From positions 6,939-70,938 of the forward strand of contig BTVY01000019.1 of the NCBI GenBank assembly GCA_045863335.1: a DNA stretch of 64,000 nucleotides. The letters run 5' to 3'. The translations under genes were made by a program, and so were the position numbers. The DNA comes from Candidatus Hydrogenedentota bacterium. Its GTDB lineage: Bacteria > Hydrogenedentota > Hydrogenedentia > Hydrogenedentales > SLHB01. Below, one piece after another: positions 45,897-55,247 of the stretch (within the stretch, counting starts at the first letter, position 1; each line of letters begins with the position of its first letter). The notes beneath the pieces were generated by a model. It did not search any database, was not told where the DNA came from, and was given only the letters and a program-made list of their open reading frames with translations.

Positions 45897-47606
45897 ATGT
45901 CCGGTCTTGACCCGAGACAGCGCTCCGGCCTTTTGGCCTTGGCGTTGGCGTGCTGTGCGGTCGCGTTGTACGCGCGCACGATGGCTTTCCCCTTCGTCTA
46001 TTTCGACGACGACATGTACGTATTCCAGAATTCCATCGTGTCTTCCGGCCTTACGGGCGCAGGGGTGGTTTGGGCGTTTACAACCGGCCACCTCGCGAAC
46101 TGGCATCCGCTCACCTGGGTATCCCACATGATCGACGCGCAGTGCTTCGGCATGTGGGCGGGCGGGCATCATGCGGTAAACGTACTGATTCACGGCGCCA
46201 ACACGGCCATGCTCTTCCTGGCGCTGCGCGCGTTGACGGGCGCGACGCTTCGAAGCGCGTTCGTGGCGCTACTGTTTGCCGTGCACCCGGTCAACGTGGA
46301 ATCGGTCGCGTGGATTTCCGAGCGGAAGAACGTGCTCAGCACGTTCTTCCTTCTGGCGACACTGATGGCCTACGTCCGCCACGTCGAACTGCCTGGCTTT
46401 CGCCGGTACTTGGTGGTCTCCGTCATTTTCCTGCTCGGCCTGATGACGAAACCCATGCTGGTAACCCTGCCCTTCGTCCTGTTGCTTCTCGATTACTGGC
46501 CGTTGAACCGGTATGCGGGCCGCACGCCCATGCAGGCATTGCGACGCTTCGGACGCCTGGCATACGAGAAGATCCCATTGTTTGCGGTCTCGGTTGTCTC
46601 ATCGATGGTCACCTACGCCGCGCAGCATCGTGGCGAAGCGATGTCGGCGATGGCCGAGTTGCCTTTCGACGCGCGGCTTGCGAATGCCGTTCTCGCGTAT
46701 GGGGCGTATTTGAAGCATCTCCTGTGGCCCGCAGGACTCGCGGCCATCTATCCCCATTCGGGAGAATCCTATTCGCTCGTCACGGTTTTCGTGGCGCTTG
46801 GAATACTTGCAGCCATATCCTTCGCGGCGGTTGCCCTGATTCGTCGCGCGCCGTATCTCTTTGTGGGATGGTTCTGGTTTGCCGGTACCCTCGTGCCCGT
46901 GATCGGCCTCGTCCAGATCGGCTATCAATCCATGGCTGACCGCTATCTCTATGTTCCCGCTATCGGCGTGTTCACCGCCGTCGTGTGGGGGATTGCGGAC
47001 TTTTGTGAAGACCGTCCGTTGCGGCGACGCATCGCTTTGTGGACGGGCGCGGCCTGCGTCGCACTGCTCGCCGCTGTCTGCTGGCGGCAGATGACCTATT
47101 GGCGGGGGACGGTACCCTTGTTCGAGCGCGCGATCGCGGTCACCGAAACGAACGCGGAAGCGCACAATCACCTCGCGTACTACTACCTGACCCAGAACGA
47201 ACCGGAAAAGGCGATCCCGCACTGCGAAGCGGCGCAGGAGGACCGTCCTGGCCTGGCGGCCACGTATACGAACTGGGGCGCGGCACTGCGGATGATGGGA
47301 GACGCGCAGGGCGCCATTGCGAAATACGAGGAGGCCTTGCGGCTCAAGGCCGGCGACTCGGTGATCCATACGAACCTCGGCATCGCGCTGCTCCAGTCGG
47401 GCCGAAACGACGATTCGCGCAAGCACCTGGAAGAAGCGGTCCGAATTGATCCCCGGTCGGCCTCCGCGCATGCCTACCTGGGCGCCGCGCTTGCCGCGAT
47501 GGGGATGCCGGAGGATGCCAAAGCCCACTTCGAAAGAGCCCTGGAAATCGATCCCGAATACGAACTGGCCCGTTCCGCGCTGGACGCTTTGTCGACGATC
47601 CCCTAG
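45897..47606 (+). CDS. GT-C-type membrane protein with C-terminal TPR repeats (TMTC/PMT_2-like)
   Basis: 569-aa ORF. The N-terminal motif …FVYFDDDMYVFQNSIV… and about 9 TM helices are followed by TPR repeats (…AHNHLAYYYLTQNEPEKAIPHCEAA…). It starts 6 nt after the previous stop. Confidence 0.85.
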   Translation: MSGLDPRQRSGLLALALACCAVALYARTMAFPFVYFDDDMYVFQNSIVSSGLTGAGVVWAFTTGHLANWHPLTWVSHMIDAQCFGMWAGGHHAVNVLIHGANTAMLFLALRALTGATLRSAFVALLFAVHPVNVESVAWISERKNVLSTFFLLATLMAYVRHVELPGFRRYLVVSVIFLLGLMTKPMLVTLPFVLLLLDYWPLNRYAGRTPMQALRRFGRLAYEKIPLFAVSVVSSMVTYAAQHRGEAMSAMAELPFDARLANAVLAYGAYLKHLLWPAGLAAIYPHSGESYSLVTVFVALGILAAISFAAVALIRRAPYLFVGWFWFAGTLVPVIGLVQIGYQSMADRYLYVPAIGVFTAVVWGIADFCEDRPLRRRIALWTGAACVALLAAVCWRQMTYWRGTVPLFERAIAVTETNAEAHNHLAYYYLTQNEPEKAIPHCEAAQEDRPGLAATYTNWGAALRMMGDAQGAIAKYEEALRLKAGDSVIHTNLGIALLQSGRNDDSRKHLEEAVRIDPRSASAHAYLGAALAAMGMPEDAKAHFERALEIDPEYELARSALDALSTIP

Positions 47607-47662
47607 AATAGTTCCCGAGCAATGTGCCGTTGCCGTCCGATTCTCGAGAGGGAGGTCACGCC

Positions 47663-48625
47663 ATGGGAACAGGGGGATTCCAGGATGCAGGCGGGCGCAT
47701 GCGCGTCATGGACGCCGTGCAGGCATCCATCGACCGCACGCGCACGATGTTGTTCGAGCCATTCGATTTCGAGCGTTGGCTCACGTTCGGGGTAATCGCG
47801 TTTCTCGATATCTTTCTGGCCGGCGGTGGCCTGTCCCGATCCGGCGCGCGGTTCTCGGGTCAAGGGCAAGGGGGCTCGCAGTCTTCGCCAAATCTGGACG
47901 GCGTGGCGGAGTGGTTGGGTGAGAATGCCGTTTTGATTGTGATGATCGCCGTCCCTCTTATCCTGATCGCGTTGGCGATTCATGTGGGACTCATGTACGT
48001 GGGGTGTCGCGGCCAGGTCATGTTTGTACGCTCCGTATCCATGAACGGCGGCAAGCTGGGCGAGCACTGGAGCGCCGTAAAGCAGCCCGCGTGGTCACTG
48101 TTCCTCTTCCGGCTCGGGCTGCTCGCCGTTTGGCTGGTATTCGTGCTTGTCCTGATTCTGTTCTTTCTCGTTGCGGTCGGGTTGCAGGGTGGATTCCGAT
48201 CCGGTGAGGCGCTGCTGTATACCCTGATTCCCTTTGGCCTCGTAGTAGTGGCGGGATGGGTAGTTCTGGCGTTGATTCAGGTCATGTTGCGGGCCTTCGT
48301 CGTGCCCCTCATGTGGGCGCGCGATCTGTCGTGCACGGAAGCCTGGCAGGTGTTCGTTCCCCTTGCGAAGGCAAACGCGGGCTCCCTCGCCGGATTCGTC
48401 CTGATCAAGATCGCATATAGCATCGGATTCAGTATCGCGACGCTGTTCGTGGGTTGTCTGACCTGTTGCATCGGCTTGCTGCCCGTCGTTCATCACACGT
48501 TGTTCGCGCCGTTCTATGTGTTTGACCGGGCTTTTCCGATGGAAATGCTGGCCATGTCGGGGGAGGACGAGGGCACGTTGTTTGCCCCCGTGCCATATGA
48601 GGCGCCGCCGCCCCTGGTCCGCTGA
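47663..48625 (+). CDS. Hypothetical polytopic membrane protein
   Basis: ATG 47663 lies 7 nt after GGAGG. It has about 6 TM helices and no recognised family. Confidence 0.65.
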   Translation: MGTGGFQDAGGRMRVMDAVQASIDRTRTMLFEPFDFERWLTFGVIAFLDIFLAGGGLSRSGARFSGQGQGGSQSSPNLDGVAEWLGENAVLIVMIAVPLILIALAIHVGLMYVGCRGQVMFVRSVSMNGGKLGEHWSAVKQPAWSLFLFRLGLLAVWLVFVLVLILFFLVAVGLQGGFRSGEALLYTLIPFGLVVVAGWVVLALIQVMLRAFVVPLMWARDLSCTEAWQVFVPLAKANAGSLAGFVLIKIAYSIGFSIATLFVGCLTCCIGLLPVVHHTLFAPFYVFDRAFPMEMLAMSGEDEGTLFAPVPYEAPPPLVR

Positions 48626-48643
48626 CGCGAAGGCCGCGGGCGA

Positions 48644-50065
48644 TCAGGCGAGGATTTCGTGGATCACGTGGCCGTGCACGTCGGTCAGGCGGCGGTCGAT
48701 CCCGTTATGGCGGACCGTGAGCTTCTCGTGATCGATTCCGAGCAGATACAACACGGTGGCGTGGAGATCGTAGCAGTAAGTCGGTTTGTCGACGGCCTTG
48801 TAGGACCACTCGTCGCTCTCGCCGTACGAGACGCCGCCTTTGAATCCGCCGCCCGCCACCCACGAGGTGAAGGTGAAGGGGTTGTGATCGCGGCCTGCGC
48901 TGCCCTGGCTGCAGGGCATGCGCCCGAACTCCGTGGTCCAGATGACGATCGTGTCGTCCAGCATGCCCCGGCCCTTGAGGTCTTTCAGGAGCGCCGCGGC
49001 CGGTTTGTCCATACTGCCCGCCATGTCGGCGTGATCCTTCTTGAGATCTTCGTGCGAATCCCAATTCCGGCGGGGGAACCCGTTGTCCGCGCCGCTCCAG
49101 ACCTGAACGAATCGGACGCCCCGCTCCAGCAAACGGCGGGCGACCAGACAGTTCCGGCCGAAGTCTTCCGTGACAGGGTCGTCGAGTCCGTACAACTTCC
49201 GCGTCAACTCCGATTCACCGGAAAGATTCAACACTTCCGGCGCGCTCAATTGCAGCTTGGCCGCCATCTCGTAGCTGGCGATGCGCGCGTTGAGCCGCGA
49301 ATCACCCATCCGGCTCGCTTCGTGTTCGCGGTTGAGCGCGTTCAGCACCTCCAGCGCTTCCGCGTCTCCCTCCGGTGTAACGTAGGTGCCGTCCGGCGGG
49401 TGGAGGTCCGCGATAGGATTCGATGCGGCAGGGCGAATGAGCGTTCCTTGATGGTCCGATGGGAGAAATCCCGCGGACCAGTTCTTCGGGCCGCCCGGTG
49501 CGAACCCGCGGGAGTCCGGCAACACAACAAAGGTGGGCAGTTCGTCCGTCTCGCTGCCCAGGCCGTAGCTGACCCAGGAACCGATGCTGGGGAAACCCGG
49601 CAGCACAAAGCCCGTTGTCTGCATGAAAGTCGCGGGACCATGGACATTCGACTTGGCGATCATCGCGTGGAGGAAGGCCATGTCGTCGACACACTCGGCC
49701 AGGTGAGGCACCAGTCCGCTCACCCACTTGCCGCATTCGCCGTGTTGTTTCCACTCCCAGGGACAAGGCATGACGAAGCCGGGGTCGCTCTGAAACAGTT
49801 CGACTTTCTCGCCGGGATCGAAGGGCTCGTTGGCACGCTTGATGAGTTCCGGCTTGTAATCGAAGGTGTCGACCTGGCTGGCGGCGCCGGACATGAAGAG
49901 CTGAATCACGCGCTTCGCCTTGGGAGGGTGATGGAGTCCGTTCAGTGCGCCCGTGTGTCGTTGGGTTGCTGAGGAAGCGTAGGCGTGTTCGCGGCCCAAC
50001 AAATGGGCTAACGCGATTCCACCCAATCCACCGCCAAAATGCCAGAGAAACGATCGTCTATCCAT
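48644..50065 (-). CDS. DUF1501 (sulfatase-fold) protein with twin-arginine signal
   Basis: The start was chosen at ATG 50065-50063 (MDRRSFLWHFGGGLGGIALAHLLG). The family-typical motif is …PKAKRVIQLFMSGAASQVDTFDYKPEL…. Confidence 0.85.
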   Translation of the reverse strand: MDRRSFLWHFGGGLGGIALAHLLGREHAYASSATQRHTGALNGLHHPPKAKRVIQLFMSGAASQVDTFDYKPELIKRANEPFDPGEKVELFQSDPGFVMPCPWEWKQHGECGKWVSGLVPHLAECVDDMAFLHAMIAKSNVHGPATFMQTTGFVLPGFPSIGSWVSYGLGSETDELPTFVVLPDSRGFAPGGPKNWSAGFLPSDHQGTLIRPAASNPIADLHPPDGTYVTPEGDAEALEVLNALNREHEASRMGDSRLNARIASYEMAAKLQLSAPEVLNLSGESELTRKLYGLDDPVTEDFGRNCLVARRLLERGVRFVQVWSGADNGFPRRNWDSHEDLKKDHADMAGSMDKPAAALLKDLKGRGMLDDTIVIWTTEFGRMPCSQGSAGRDHNPFTFTSWVAGGGFKGGVSYGESDEWSYKAVDKPTYCYDLHATVLYLLGIDHEKLTVRHNGIDRRLTDVHGHVIHEILA

Positions 50066-50324
50066 GTCGAACCTTGCGCATTGGTTTCGCGATATGCGTT
50101 TGAGACGGCGTGTGACGCCTAACACCAGGAAAACCTGAGTCGAGTATATCACGGCTCCAGCGGGGAAGCCGTGAGCCACACGCGCGCCCGCCCAAACAGG
50201 CAATCCATTTGCGTTTTAATCGTGAATTATGGCACGATTTCCGCCGCCGCGGGTCCTGCCTGCGGTGCCGATGGCACCATTGCCGCGTCATCGTTGGGGG
50301 ATATTAACAAGGGGGAGTCCGTTC

Positions 50325-51473
50325 ATGGACGTATTTCCTGCCGCGGATCCGATTCCGTTGCCGGCGCCGGTGTGGTTGTTCAAGGCGCTGCATTCGGTCA
50401 CGCTGGTGCTGCATTTCTTTTCGGTGCACTTTCTCGTCGGAGGACTCCTCCTCGCGATTATTTGGTCCTTTGTGGGCCGTTCCCGAAAAGATGCAGTGCT
50501 GCTGAACGCTTCCGGCATGGTGACGCATCGCCTGCCGATCGTGATGACCTACGTGATCAATCTAGGCGTGCCGCCGTTGCTGTTTACCCAGGTGCTGTAC
50601 GGGCGCGGTCTTTATACGAGCAGCGTCCTCATTGGCGCGTGGTGGATCAGCGTCGTCGCCTTGCTCATCGTTTCGTACACCTTCCTCTACATCATGAGCA
50701 GCCGCGCCGAATCGGGGCGCGCGGCCGGTTGGGCAGGGCTCATCGCGCTGATCGTGGTACTGAAAATCGGGTTCATCTACACGAACAATATGACCCTCAT
50801 GCTCCGGCCGGACGTGTGGGGGGCCATGTACGAGAACAGCGCGGCCGGCGTGCAGTTTCATTCCGGCGATCCCACGATGATGCCGCGGTGGCTCTACATG
50901 ATTCTTGGATCCATCGGCGTTGCCGGAATCGCGCTGCTGTTCATCGGCATGAAGAGCACCGTTGACGACGGGGTTGCGGGACTCCTCACGCGGTGGGGCG
51001 GACGCTTGCTCGCCGGATTCACCGTCGTTCAAATCGCGCTCGGGTTCTGGGTGTTTCGCACGCAGCCCGAGGCCGTGCGCGCCGGTCTCACCAGCGGCGC
51101 GGCTTATCCCGCGATGATGGGCCTTTGGGCGGTATCGGCCTTGGCGGCGATCGGACTAGGCGTGATGGTCGCGCGTAGAACCCGCGTGCACGGGGGGCTT
51201 GTTTCAATCGCCGCATTGGCGGCGTTTCTGAATGTATTCGCCATGGTGCTTCTGCGCGACGGCATTCGCGATCTTACGCTCGCTGCGGCTGGTTTCGACG
51301 TGTGGGCGCGCGAGGTCGCAACCAACTGGTCGATCGTCATTATCTTTCTCCTCTGTTTCATGCTTGCGCTGGTCATGATGGTCTGGTTGATCTCCGTCGT
51401 GGCGCGGGCCAAGGCACAGCCGGAATCCTACGCCGCGTTCGCGGATGGATTGGTTGAAAAGGAGGTCGTGTAA
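50325..51473 (+). CDS. Polytopic membrane protein, first gene of the Rieske/cytochrome b operon
   Basis: ATG 50325 follows GGGGGAG. It has about 10 TM helices, and the N-terminal helix reads …LHFFSVHFLVGGLLLAI…. No family was recognised confidently. Confidence 0.7.
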   Translation: MDVFPAADPIPLPAPVWLFKALHSVTLVLHFFSVHFLVGGLLLAIIWSFVGRSRKDAVLLNASGMVTHRLPIVMTYVINLGVPPLLFTQVLYGRGLYTSSVLIGAWWISVVALLIVSYTFLYIMSSRAESGRAAGWAGLIALIVVLKIGFIYTNNMTLMLRPDVWGAMYENSAAGVQFHSGDPTMMPRWLYMILGSIGVAGIALLFIGMKSTVDDGVAGLLTRWGGRLLAGFTVVQIALGFWVFRTQPEAVRAGLTSGAAYPAMMGLWAVSALAAIGLGVMVARRTRVHGGLVSIAALAAFLNVFAMVLLRDGIRDLTLAAAGFDVWAREVATNWSIVIIFLLCFMLALVMMVWLISVVARAKAQPESYAAFADGLVEKEVV

Positions 51474-51476
51474 CTC

Positions 51477-51968
51477 ATGGCCGATGCCACGCTGGATTCG
51501 ATGGAAACGCCCGAAGAAAACGGCAGCGCCTCGCCGACGCGCCGCGCGTTTGTGAAGGCGGGATTCGGTTTGGTCGGCGCGTGCTACGCGGGCGCGATCG
51601 GCTATCCCATTTACCGGTACCTGGCCACCCCCGCCGTGCGCGCCGCGGAGATGGGGGCCATCACCGAGGTGGCTTTTCCGGAGACGGACATGCCGCCCGC
51701 GGGTTCCGCGCTGCGCTTCATGTTCGGACCACGCCCGGCCATGCTCATTCATCACACCGACGGCAGCGTGGTTTGTTTCGACGCCGTGTGCACGCATCTG
51801 GGATGCACGGTCGAGTTCCAACCCGACCAGAACCGCATTCATTGCGCATGCCATGGGGGCAATTACGACATGCACACCGGCAAGAACGTGGCGGGCCCGC
51901 CGCCGAAGCCGTTGCGTCAATTCAATGTGGAGGTTGTCGATGGGCAGATCGTCGTCTCTCGCGCCTAG
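51477..51968 (+). CDS. Rieske [2Fe-2S] protein
   Basis: 163-aa ORF with a Tat-like RRAFVKAG. The cluster boxes are CTHLGCTV and CACHGGNY. Confidence 0.9.
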   Translation: MADATLDSMETPEENGSASPTRRAFVKAGFGLVGACYAGAIGYPIYRYLATPAVRAAEMGAITEVAFPETDMPPAGSALRFMFGPRPAMLIHHTDGSVVCFDAVCTHLGCTVEFQPDQNRIHCACHGGNYDMHTGKNVAGPPPKPLRQFNVEVVDGQIVVSRA

Positions 51969-53043
51969 CGCTATACAATCCGGCCTGTATCGTTGGTTGG
52001 ACGCGCGCTTGGGGCTTGCTGAACTTCGGGCCATGGCCCGGAAGAAGGAAGTGCCGCAGCACCGCCATTCGTTCTGGTACTACTGGGGCGGGATCACGCT
52101 TTTCCTATTTCTCATTCAACTGATCAGCGGAATCCTCTTGCTCGTCTACTACCGGCCCGGCGCGGACGCTTATGATTCGGTCCGTCAGATTACGTACGAC
52201 ATCGAGTTCGGCTGGCTGATCCGGTCGGCCCATTCGTGGTCGGCCAATCTCATGGTGCTTGCCGCCTTCGTTCACATGTTCTCCGTGTTTTTCATGAAGG
52301 CGTACCGCAACCCGCGCGAACTCGGGTGGTGGAGCGGTTTGGCCCTGCTCGGACTGACGATGGTCTTCGGGTTCAGCGGCTACCTCTTGCCCATGGACGA
52401 ACTGGCCTTCTTCGCGACCAAGGTGGGGCTTGAAATTCCCGCCAGTATCCCGGGAGTCGGCGCGATCATCGTTACGCTGGTCCAGGGCGGCGAATCGGTA
52501 ACGGCGGTGACCATTCAACGGTTCTTCGCGTTGCACGTCGTCGTGCTGCCCATGGTGTTCATGGCCATTCTCGCGTTTCATCTGTGGCTCGTGCAGAAGC
52601 ACGGCAACGCGGTGCCGCCAAGCGAAGAACTCGTGCCCGAGACCGAACGCCGGTCCATCCCGTTCTTTCCGAACTTTCTGGCGAAGGATCTTGCCATGTG
52701 GCTGATCGCGCTCAACGTGCTCGCGATTCTCGCCTCGATGTATCCCTGGCAATTGGGCGCGCCCGCCGATCCCGCGGCGCCCGCGCCCGAAGGCATTCAT
52801 CCCGAATGGTATTTCATGAGCCAGTTCCAAGCGCTGAAGGTTCTCGGGAATTGGTTGCCGGGCGTAACCGGCGAATTCGCGGGCATTGCGCTGTTCGGGA
52901 TCGGCGGATTGCTTTGGGGCCTGATTCCGCTGTTTGACACCAGCAGCCGGGCCGGCGCGCGCGCGCGGGCGGCCACGTGGTTCGGCGTTATCGCGTTGTT
53001 CGGTTTGATCGCCCTTACAATCTGGGGCTACGCCGAGGTATAG
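51940..53043 (+). CDS. Cytochrome b (fused b6-like N-terminal part plus subunit-IV-like part)
   Basis: ATG 51940 lies 6 nt after GGAGG and overlaps the Rieske gene by 29 nt. Motifs include …WYYWGGITLF…SAHSWSANLMV…, the His-containing helices and the PEWYF motif. Confidence 0.85.
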   Translation: MGRSSSLAPSAIQSGLYRWLDARLGLAELRAMARKKEVPQHRHSFWYYWGGITLFLFLIQLISGILLLVYYRPGADAYDSVRQITYDIEFGWLIRSAHSWSANLMVLAAFVHMFSVFFMKAYRNPRELGWWSGLALLGLTMVFGFSGYLLPMDELAFFATKVGLEIPASIPGVGAIIVTLVQGGESVTAVTIQRFFALHVVVLPMVFMAILAFHLWLVQKHGNAVPPSEELVPETERRSIPFFPNFLAKDLAMWLIALNVLAILASMYPWQLGAPADPAAPAPEGIHPEWYFMSQFQALKVLGNWLPGVTGEFAGIALFGIGGLLWGLIPLFDTSSRAGARARAATWFGVIALFGLIALTIWGYAEV

Positions 53044-53053
53044 GAGAGTTGGA

Positions 53054-54541
53054 ATGAATTACCCGTTCTGGGACGTGCCGGTTATTGGCAGCGGCTGGGT
53101 GATCGGCGGCATTGCGATCGTCCACATTCTCATCAGCCATTTTGCGGTGGGCGGCGGTTTGTATTTGCCCATGGCGGAACGGAAAGCGCTGCGGGAAGGG
53201 CGCACCGAATGGATGCCCGTGTTGAAACGGCATTCGCGGTTCTTTCTGATCCTCACCGGCGTGTTCGGCGCGGCGACGGGCGTGGGAATCTGGTTTGCCA
53301 TCGGTTTGGCCAATCCGGAAGGCACGAGCACGCTCATTCACAACTTCGTCTTCGGATGGGCGATCGAATGGACCTTTTTCTTCGTGGAGTTGTCCTCGGC
53401 GGCGGTCTATTACTACACGTGGGGGCGCATTCCCGACAAGCTCCACCTCAAAGTCGGTTGGGTCTATGCGTTCTTCTCCTTCCTTACGCTCGTTATCATT
53501 AACGGAATTCTGACCTTCATGCTGACGCCGGGCCAGAGCTGGCTCGAAGTCGCGGGCACCGGAAACGAAGCGACGCGTTTCTGGCAGGCCTTCTTCAATC
53601 CGACGTACTGGCCGAGTCTCGGCATTCGCACCCTGGTCTGCATCTCGCTGGCGGGCGTGTGGGCGCTGGTCACGGCGAGCCGCATCGATGGATTCGAGAA
53701 TCCCGCGCTGAAGACGTCCTTCGTCCGTTGGTCGGCGAAGTGGCTCATCCCCGCCTTCATTCTGTTGCCGGTATTCTTCCTGTGGTTCCTTCACATGGTG
53801 CCCTTCGAGCAGCGCGGGTTAATCAAGCTCGGCATTGCGACCATTGGACAAGGCGTGTTCACGCAGGTGACGCGGGCCGCCTTGGTGACCATGATGACGT
53901 CCGCAACCATCGCGATGATCGTGTACTTCCTCGCGTTCCGCAACCCGCGCGACTTTACCTTCGGTCATGCGGTCGCCGTGTTGTTTCTCGCGCTGGCCGC
54001 GACGGCCTCGACGGAGCAGGCGCGCGAAATGCTGCGTAAACCCTACGTCGTCGTGAACCACATTTACTCCAACGGCGTTCGCGCGAAAACGGAGGTAACG
54101 AAGTTCAATGAGGAGGGCTACCTCACGCGCAGCATCTGGGCCACGGAAGAGCAGAAGGCGGAGTGGGCACGACTCGACGCGGCCACGCCTGTGCCGGGTA
54201 CCGTGGTACCCGCCGCGGAAGCCCCGCAACCCGAACGGGTGCCGCAACTGGATCGCGGCAAGCTCATGCTGCGGGGACAGTGCATGGCCTGCCATACGGT
54301 CGACGGCTACCGATCCTTGCGCAAACTGCTTGCCGAGCGGGACCGGGAATCGATCACCAATGTGCTCACCATGCTGCACGAGTACAAAGACGACTCGCCA
54401 TACCGCGCGTACATGCCGCCCCTCGTCGGCAGCGACGGCGAGATCGCGGCCTTGGCGGATTACCTCGATCACCTCGTGCAGACGGCCAAGCCCGAGCACA
54501 AGGAAGACGCGGAGATCACCGTCGCGACCGCCGATGAGTAG
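53054..54541 (+). CDS. CydA-like (cytochrome bd subunit I superfamily) membrane protein fused to a C-terminal monohaem cytochrome c domain
   Basis: 495-aa ORF. The N-terminal ~330 aa parallel CydA blocks by eye (…HILISHFAVGGGLYL…, …FGWAIEWTFFFVELSS…). CMACH is encoded at 54281-54295. Confidence 0.7.
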   Translation: MNYPFWDVPVIGSGWVIGGIAIVHILISHFAVGGGLYLPMAERKALREGRTEWMPVLKRHSRFFLILTGVFGAATGVGIWFAIGLANPEGTSTLIHNFVFGWAIEWTFFFVELSSAAVYYYTWGRIPDKLHLKVGWVYAFFSFLTLVIINGILTFMLTPGQSWLEVAGTGNEATRFWQAFFNPTYWPSLGIRTLVCISLAGVWALVTASRIDGFENPALKTSFVRWSAKWLIPAFILLPVFFLWFLHMVPFEQRGLIKLGIATIGQGVFTQVTRAALVTMMTSATIAMIVYFLAFRNPRDFTFGHAVAVLFLALAATASTEQAREMLRKPYVVVNHIYSNGVRAKTEVTKFNEEGYLTRSIWATEEQKAEWARLDAATPVPGTVVPAAEAPQPERVPQLDRGKLMLRGQCMACHTVDGYRSLRKLLAERDRESITNVLTMLHEYKDDSPYRAYMPPLVGSDGEIAALADYLDHLVQTAKPEHKEDAEITVATADE

Positions 54542-54570
54542 GCGGTAAGCGTCAATCCTGTTCTCCACAA

Positions 54571-54731
54571 GAACATCCCCCTTATCCCCCTTCAAAGGGG
54601 GAGTTTCGCGCAACGCGGAGCGTTGCGATAGTTCGGCCCGACGACATGACATCACTGCGTGCGACGCGGAGTTACAAAGGCACCGACCTGGCGCAATTCC
54701 CCCTTCGAAGGGGGATTCAAGGGGGATGTTC
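54571..54731. repeat. 161-bp MITE/REP-like palindromic element
   Basis: Perfect 13-bp terminal inverted repeats are GAACATCCCCCTT (54571-54583) and AAGGGGGATGTTC (54719-54731). Each is adjacent to a self-complementary TCCCCCTTC(A/G)AAGGGGGA. An internal hairpin GCAACGC-gga-GCGTTGC is also present. Confidence 0.7.
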
Positions 54732-54857
54732 CTGCCTTCTCGCCGAGGTCTCCACTTGTCATCAAGCGCGCCTTTGATCGTTCTGCAAAGCGCGTGATAG
54801 GCTTTCTGCGCCGGTCATTCCGATCGGTATCACCTTGGTGTAAGGCGAAAACACGTC

Positions 54858-55208
54858 ATGAGCAGTACGATCACGATTTATCACAATCCACGGTGCACCA
54901 AGAGCCGCGAAACATTGGCCCTGCTACGCGAAGAGGGCGTTGAACCCGAGGTGGTCGAATATCTGAAGACGCCGCCGTCGAAGGCCCGCCTCCGGGAGTT
55001 GGCGAAGCTCCTGGGCAATGCGCATGTCTTGCTGCGGACGAAGGAGAAAGAGTACCAGGCGCTCGGTCTGTCGCCGGAAAGCACAACCGCCGCTATTGTC
55101 GACGCGATTGCCGAGCACCCGATTCTGCTGGAGCGCCCCATCGTCGTCTGTGACGGCAAGGCCGCAATCGGCCGGCCGCCGGAGTCGGTGCTGCGCATCC
55201 TTCCCTGA
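54858..55208 (+). CDS. arsC: ArsC/YfgD-family (glutaredoxin-type arsenate reductase family) protein
   Basis: 116-aa ORF. It starts MSSTITIYHNPRCTKSRETLALL, matching the ArsC-family catalytic-Cys context HNPxCxxSR. Confidence 0.8.
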   Translation: MSSTITIYHNPRCTKSRETLALLREEGVEPEVVEYLKTPPSKARLRELAKLLGNAHVLLRTKEKEYQALGLSPESTTAAIVDAIAEHPILLERPIVVCDGKAAIGRPPESVLRILP

Positions 55209-55247
55209 CGACAGTTTCCGCGACATCGCGACTGGAGACCAAAACGA

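Noticed and set aside
54659-54943. 94-aa plus-strand ORF between the respiratory operon and arsC
   Set aside because: It merely translates the right arm of the palindromic repeat element (…SPFEGGFKGDV…) and runs into arsC out of frame. It has no SD.
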